Positions 6,842-10,019 of a stretch of DNA of 10,019 nucleotides are shown here, piece after piece. Below the pieces are notes generated by a model that was not told the origin of the DNA, ran no database searches, and saw only the letters and a list, made by a program, of their open reading frames with translations. A program made the position numbers and the translations under genes. Source of the DNA: an uncultured archaeon (GTDB taxonomy: Archaea > Asgardarchaeota > Heimdallarchaeia > Heimdallarchaeales > Kariarchaeaceae); assembly GCA_964645535.1 (NCBI GenBank), contig CAZYCQ010000086.1:1-10019 (forward strand). Reading direction: 5' to 3'. Every line of letters begins with the position of its first letter. Position 1 is the first letter of the stretch.

Positions 6842-6939
6842 GCGTCGCCAAGATGGTGGTTATGTTAGGTTCGAACGGATCCTTGACAACGCCTTCACTT
6901 GCATAGTGAAGTAGATTACTCTACCTCGACAATGCAGTT
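6842..6939 (-). ncRNA. Candidate structured small non-coding RNA (~100 nt), family not recognised
   Basis: It lies between a TATA box (6969-6962) and a T11 tract. Stems: GAGGUAGA-GUAA-UCUACUUC (GNRA loop), CUUCACU-AUGCA-AGUGAAG, and GCGUUGUCAAGG/UCUUGGCGACGC (12 bp, with G-U pairs that form only on the minus strand). The 5' end is estimated from TATA spacing. Confidence 0.6.
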
Positions 6940-6961
6940 AAACTATTGTATTGATTAGCCC

Positions 6962-6977
6962 TATATAAACCCTTTGT
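6962..6977 (-). promoter_or_regulatory. Archaeal TATA box with BRE-like element for the candidate ncRNA
   Basis: The minus strand reads ACAAAGGG-TTTATATA. This is a consensus TTTAWATA box with a purine-rich upstream element, and a pyrimidine-purine step at 6940/6939 at the expected distance. Confidence 0.6.
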
Positions 6978-7154
6978 CAAATCAACCACTTAGAGCTTAT
7001 AGTTAGATTTAGGAATTGACAATCGTGAAGAGGGTTTCGCGAATGCAAACAAACATCTGATCAAAAGAAGATATTTTTGAGAGGATAAACGTTTAGAAGT
7101 TTGGTTATCGATACACCTTATGGTTTAAGTGAAGTCAGACAAAGTTAAAGGAGG

Positions 7155-7162
7155 TTATTTAA
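7155..7162 (+). promoter_or_regulatory. TATA-like box for the bactofilin-like gene
   Basis: TTATTTAA is preceded by purine-rich AAAGGAGG and lies about 27-34 nt upstream of ATG 7189. Confidence 0.45.
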
Positions 7163-7188
7163 GCGAGAAATAAATAGTAGATCAGAGA

Positions 7189-8097
7189 ATGGTTTCACCT
7201 GATAGTTTAGAAAGTCGACTGAGGGCAAAACTTGCGTCCGGAGAAATTTCGGCAGAGGAGTTCGAAGAGTTGTTTGAGAGATTTAAGGAATTGGGGCTAC
7301 TCGAATCCGATGAAAGGAAACTCAATTCATTGATAGTCACTGGAAGGAAGAGCTATGATGAAGATCTTGTTGTTGAAGGGCCAGTCACAGTGGCTGGGAT
7401 ATTGAGGATTTCAGGAGATCTGGAATGTCAGCGGTTGGGGATTGCCGGTTCAGGAAATATAACTGGAGAGGTCAGGGTGAATGGTCGTTGCGCCATCAAC
7501 GGAAAACTTGATGTGGGGAAAGACATCAAGGTCAAGGGAGAGTGCACCATTACCGGGAAATGCTTTGCAAGCAATGCCATGTACTGTATTGATAGATTAA
7601 CCGTGGCAGGCAAATTGATCGCACCTGAAAAGCTAGTTGTAGGAAATCGGTTGAAGATTTTGGGAAAGGTCACGGTGGGATCTGTTGAATGTGCATCATC
7701 TATTTTGGTGCAGGGAAGTCTGAAAAGCGCTGGAAATGTGATTGCTGAGAAATTGGTATCCCCTAGGGGAGGTAATTCATCAATTGGTGGAAATCTCATT
7801 GCAAAGGAGGTTCAGGTCGGCAGGGTTCAAAAAAGCTCGGACGAATTGGGAGAGATTGTGGGGAGGTTGTTGACGTCACTCATTGGTTTGAAAACAGAGA
7901 CAATGTTTTATATCAAGGGATCAATAAAAGCAAAGAAGATACAGGCTAACAACATCCGGATCAATGGTGACATCGTGGCGGATGTAATTCAGTTAGGGGA
8001 CAATGTAGAGGTTAGAGGAAACATCTATTACACCCAATCCATTGAAGCGTCACAACATTTGAAAGAGAAAGCGGAGCGTATTGTTGCAGAAGAATAA
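7189..8097 (+). CDS. Polymer-forming cytoskeletal (bactofilin-like) beta-helix protein with N-terminal SHOCT-like motif
   Basis: There are repeated ~17-18-aa V/I-x-G units (VEGPVTVAGILRISGDLE, ITGEVRVNGRCAINGKLDV, VQGSLKSAGNVIAE, INGDIVADVIQLGDNVEVRGNIYY). The N-terminal 'LRAKLASGEISAEEFEEL' fits the SHOCT pattern GxIs/txEEF. Confidence 0.8.
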   Translation: MVSPDSLESRLRAKLASGEISAEEFEELFERFKELGLLESDERKLNSLIVTGRKSYDEDLVVEGPVTVAGILRISGDLECQRLGIAGSGNITGEVRVNGRCAINGKLDVGKDIKVKGECTITGKCFASNAMYCIDRLTVAGKLIAPEKLVVGNRLKILGKVTVGSVECASSILVQGSLKSAGNVIAEKLVSPRGGNSSIGGNLIAKEVQVGRVQKSSDELGEIVGRLLTSLIGLKTETMFYIKGSIKAKKIQANNIRINGDIVADVIQLGDNVEVRGNIYYTQSIEASQHLKEKAERIVAEE

Positions 8098-8145
8098 TTA
8101 GGTCAATTCCCAAAACTTTCATATGGCATAGATGTTAACGGATTA

Positions 8146-9930
8146 ATGATTTCGGATGATGTGCATCCTCTACTCAAGTTATTCAGGTATGGGGAAAAAT
8201 ACCGAATTGACATTTTGCTTGCGACATTATATTCCATCTTGAACAAGTTGTTTGATTTGGCGCCTCCGCTTCTGATCGGGGTGGCAGTTGATGTGGTGGT
8301 GAGGCGAGAAGGTTCCATAATTGGTGAATTGGGAGTTTCTGACCTTGTGGATCAACTGATTGTTTTGGCCGTCATGACCTTCCTTATTTGGGGGCTGGAA
8401 TCAGTGTTTGAGTTTGCATATAAGGTGAAGTGGAGGAATCTTGCCCAAGCCATTCAAAACGATTTACGATTGGACACCTATCGACATGTACAAGATTTGG
8501 AATTGGCATTTTTTGAGGACAATAACACGGGTGCACTGATGGCGATCATCAATAATGATGTTAACCAATTGGAGCGTTTTCTCGATGTTGGTGCCAATGA
8601 CATCATACAAGTGACCACGACCGCCATTGCAATCTCCCTCATGTTTTACGGGATTAATATCCCGTTAGCAGTAATTGCAAGTATTCCCATGCCAATTATT
8701 CTCTTCTTTTCGATCAAATACCAGCAGAAATTGGAGGAACGATATAGGGATGTACGGGAGAAGGTTGGAATCATCAATGCAGAACTTTCAAACAATCTTT
8801 CAGGAATCATGACCATCAAAAGTTTTGGAACGGAGGAATATGAAGCAAGAAGAATCGCGGCTGCATCAAAGGAATATGAGATTAGCAACAGGAGAGCCAT
8901 TATTCTAAGTTCTTCCTTTTCGCCGCTTATTCGAATCATTATCGTGGCAGGATTTATTGGAATGCTCATTGTTGGAGGGATAGAGACACTCAACGGGAAT
9001 ATTGAGATTGCAGCATATAGTGTTGCAATCTTTTTGATTCAGAGATTGCTTTGGCCACTTACACGACTTGGAGAGACTTTTGACCTCTATCAACGTTCCA
9101 TGGCATCAACCAATCGGATATTCTCCCTTCTCAATCGAGAGAAGAGACTCATTGATGGAAACATTCCTTTGGCCAAGGAAGATGTGAATGGAGAGATTGT
9201 TTTTGAAGATGTTGATTTCGATTATCCTAGTCGTCCCAACATTCTACGTTCAGTAAGTTTCAAAATACATCCAGGTGAAACAGTTGCATTTGTTGGGACT
9301 ACCGGGGCAGGGAAATCAACAATTGTCAAGTTAATGCTCCGTTTCTACGATCCAGTCCGAGGGACAATTTGGCTGGATGGTCATGACTTGAGAGAATTGA
9401 AGCTAAAGGATTTACGTGCAGCCATCGGGTTCGTCAGCCAGAATACATTTCTTGTTGATGGGACGATACGTGAGAACATCGCCTATGGAAAATTGAATGC
9501 GACAGACGAGGAAATCATGGAAGCTGCAAAGATTGCAGAGATTCATGATTTTGTCATGAGTTTACCTCAAAAATACGATACTCTTGTCGGAGAACGGGGA
9601 CATAAGCTTTCAGGAGGTCAGAGGCAGAGAATTGCCATTGCCCGCGCGGTACTTAAGGATCCTCCCATTTTAATTTTGGATGAAGCGACCTCTTCTGTCG
9701 ACAATGAAACAGAAGCAGCCATTCAACGTTCTCTGGAGAGGATAATTGTTGGCAGGACAACGGTGATGATTGCCCACAGATTATCTACGATAAGGAATGC
9801 AGACATCATCTATGTTCTGGAGAATGGAAGAATAATTGAGAAAGGTCGTCACGAAGATCTATTGGAGATGAATGGGGCATATGCAGCCCTTTGGCGAGTG
9901 CAGACCGGAGAACGTATCAAACCTGTTTAA
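8146..9930 (+). CDS. ABC exporter, fused TMD-NBD half transporter (ABCB/MdlB-MsbA-like)
   Basis: The N-terminal half is hydrophobic with multiple helices. Walker A GTTGAGKST, Q-loop VSQ, signature LSGGQRQR, Walker B ILILDEATS, D-loop SVD and H-loop IAHRLS are all canonical. Confidence 0.96.
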   Translation: MISDDVHPLLKLFRYGEKYRIDILLATLYSILNKLFDLAPPLLIGVAVDVVVRREGSIIGELGVSDLVDQLIVLAVMTFLIWGLESVFEFAYKVKWRNLAQAIQNDLRLDTYRHVQDLELAFFEDNNTGALMAIINNDVNQLERFLDVGANDIIQVTTTAIAISLMFYGINIPLAVIASIPMPIILFFSIKYQQKLEERYRDVREKVGIINAELSNNLSGIMTIKSFGTEEYEARRIAAASKEYEISNRRAIILSSSFSPLIRIIIVAGFIGMLIVGGIETLNGNIEIAAYSVAIFLIQRLLWPLTRLGETFDLYQRSMASTNRIFSLLNREKRLIDGNIPLAKEDVNGEIVFEDVDFDYPSRPNILRSVSFKIHPGETVAFVGTTGAGKSTIVKLMLRFYDPVRGTIWLDGHDLRELKLKDLRAAIGFVSQNTFLVDGTIRENIAYGKLNATDEEIMEAAKIAEIHDFVMSLPQKYDTLVGERGHKLSGGQRQRIAIARAVLKDPPILILDEATSSVDNETEAAIQRSLERIIVGRTTVMIAHRLSTIRNADIIYVLENGRIIEKGRHEDLLEMNGAYAALWRVQTGERIKPV

Positions 9931-10018
9931 ATTTCCTCAATGCGTTTATGATCAGAGTTTGATCTTCCTGGGAGGCAAGCAACCTCAAAGTGAGAAGGGA
10001 ATCATGATCGAGTTTCTG
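9917..10018 (-). CDS. Probable 3' end of a convergent gene truncated by the window edge
   Basis: An open minus-strand frame runs from the window edge (...QKLDHDSLLTLRLLASQEDQTLIINALRKFKQV-TGA) and overlaps the ABC gene end by 14 nt. It is only 33 codons, so chance cannot be excluded. Confidence 0.4.
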   Translation of the reverse strand, partial: QKLDHDSLLTLRLLASQEDQTLIINALRKFKQV

Positions 10019-10019
10019 A

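Noticed and set aside
6842-6892. tRNA gene suggested by GGTTCGAA (T-loop-like) on either strand
   Set aside because: No cloverleaf can be built. There is no D-arm or anticodon arm at the right spacing and no proper 5-bp T-stem.
6831-6892. Rho-independent terminator for the HAD gene (+)
   Set aside because: The T tract is on the minus strand and the stem's G-U pairs become A-C mismatches on the plus strand, so the polarity is opposite to the HAD gene.
6842-6939. SECIS element or C/D-box guide RNA
   Set aside because: There is no AUGA/GA quartet with an apical AA, no RUGAUGA/CUGA boxes, and no adjacent gene with an in-frame UGA.
7086-7095. Palindrome TAAACGTTTA upstream of the bactofilin-like gene
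   Set aside because: It is a single 10-bp AT-rich palindrome with no second copy and is compatible with chance.

Overview
The window is gene-dense and looks archaeal. TATA/BRE-like boxes sit about 25 nt before several start codons, and it carries a strongly eukaryote-like GTPBP1/2 translational GTPase, which suggests an Asgard-type lineage (inference). From left to right it holds a CoxE-like VWA protein and a CoxD/MoxR-type AAA+ ATPase (both minus strand), an AT-rich repeat/palindrome-laden divergent intergenic region, an uncharacterised ~420-aa multidomain protein, a stand-alone bacterial-type GTP cyclohydrolase II (ribA), the GTPBP1/2-like GTPase, a HAD phosphatase, a SHOCT-like + bactofilin-like beta-helix protein, an ABCB-type exporter, and probably the 3' end of a convergent gene. 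The most notable unannotated element is a ~100-nt minus-strand transcription unit at ~6831-6939. It has its own TATA box, a U11 terminator and mutually exclusive stems, and is a candidate novel structured ncRNA. No CRISPR array, tRNA, rRNA or transposase was found.
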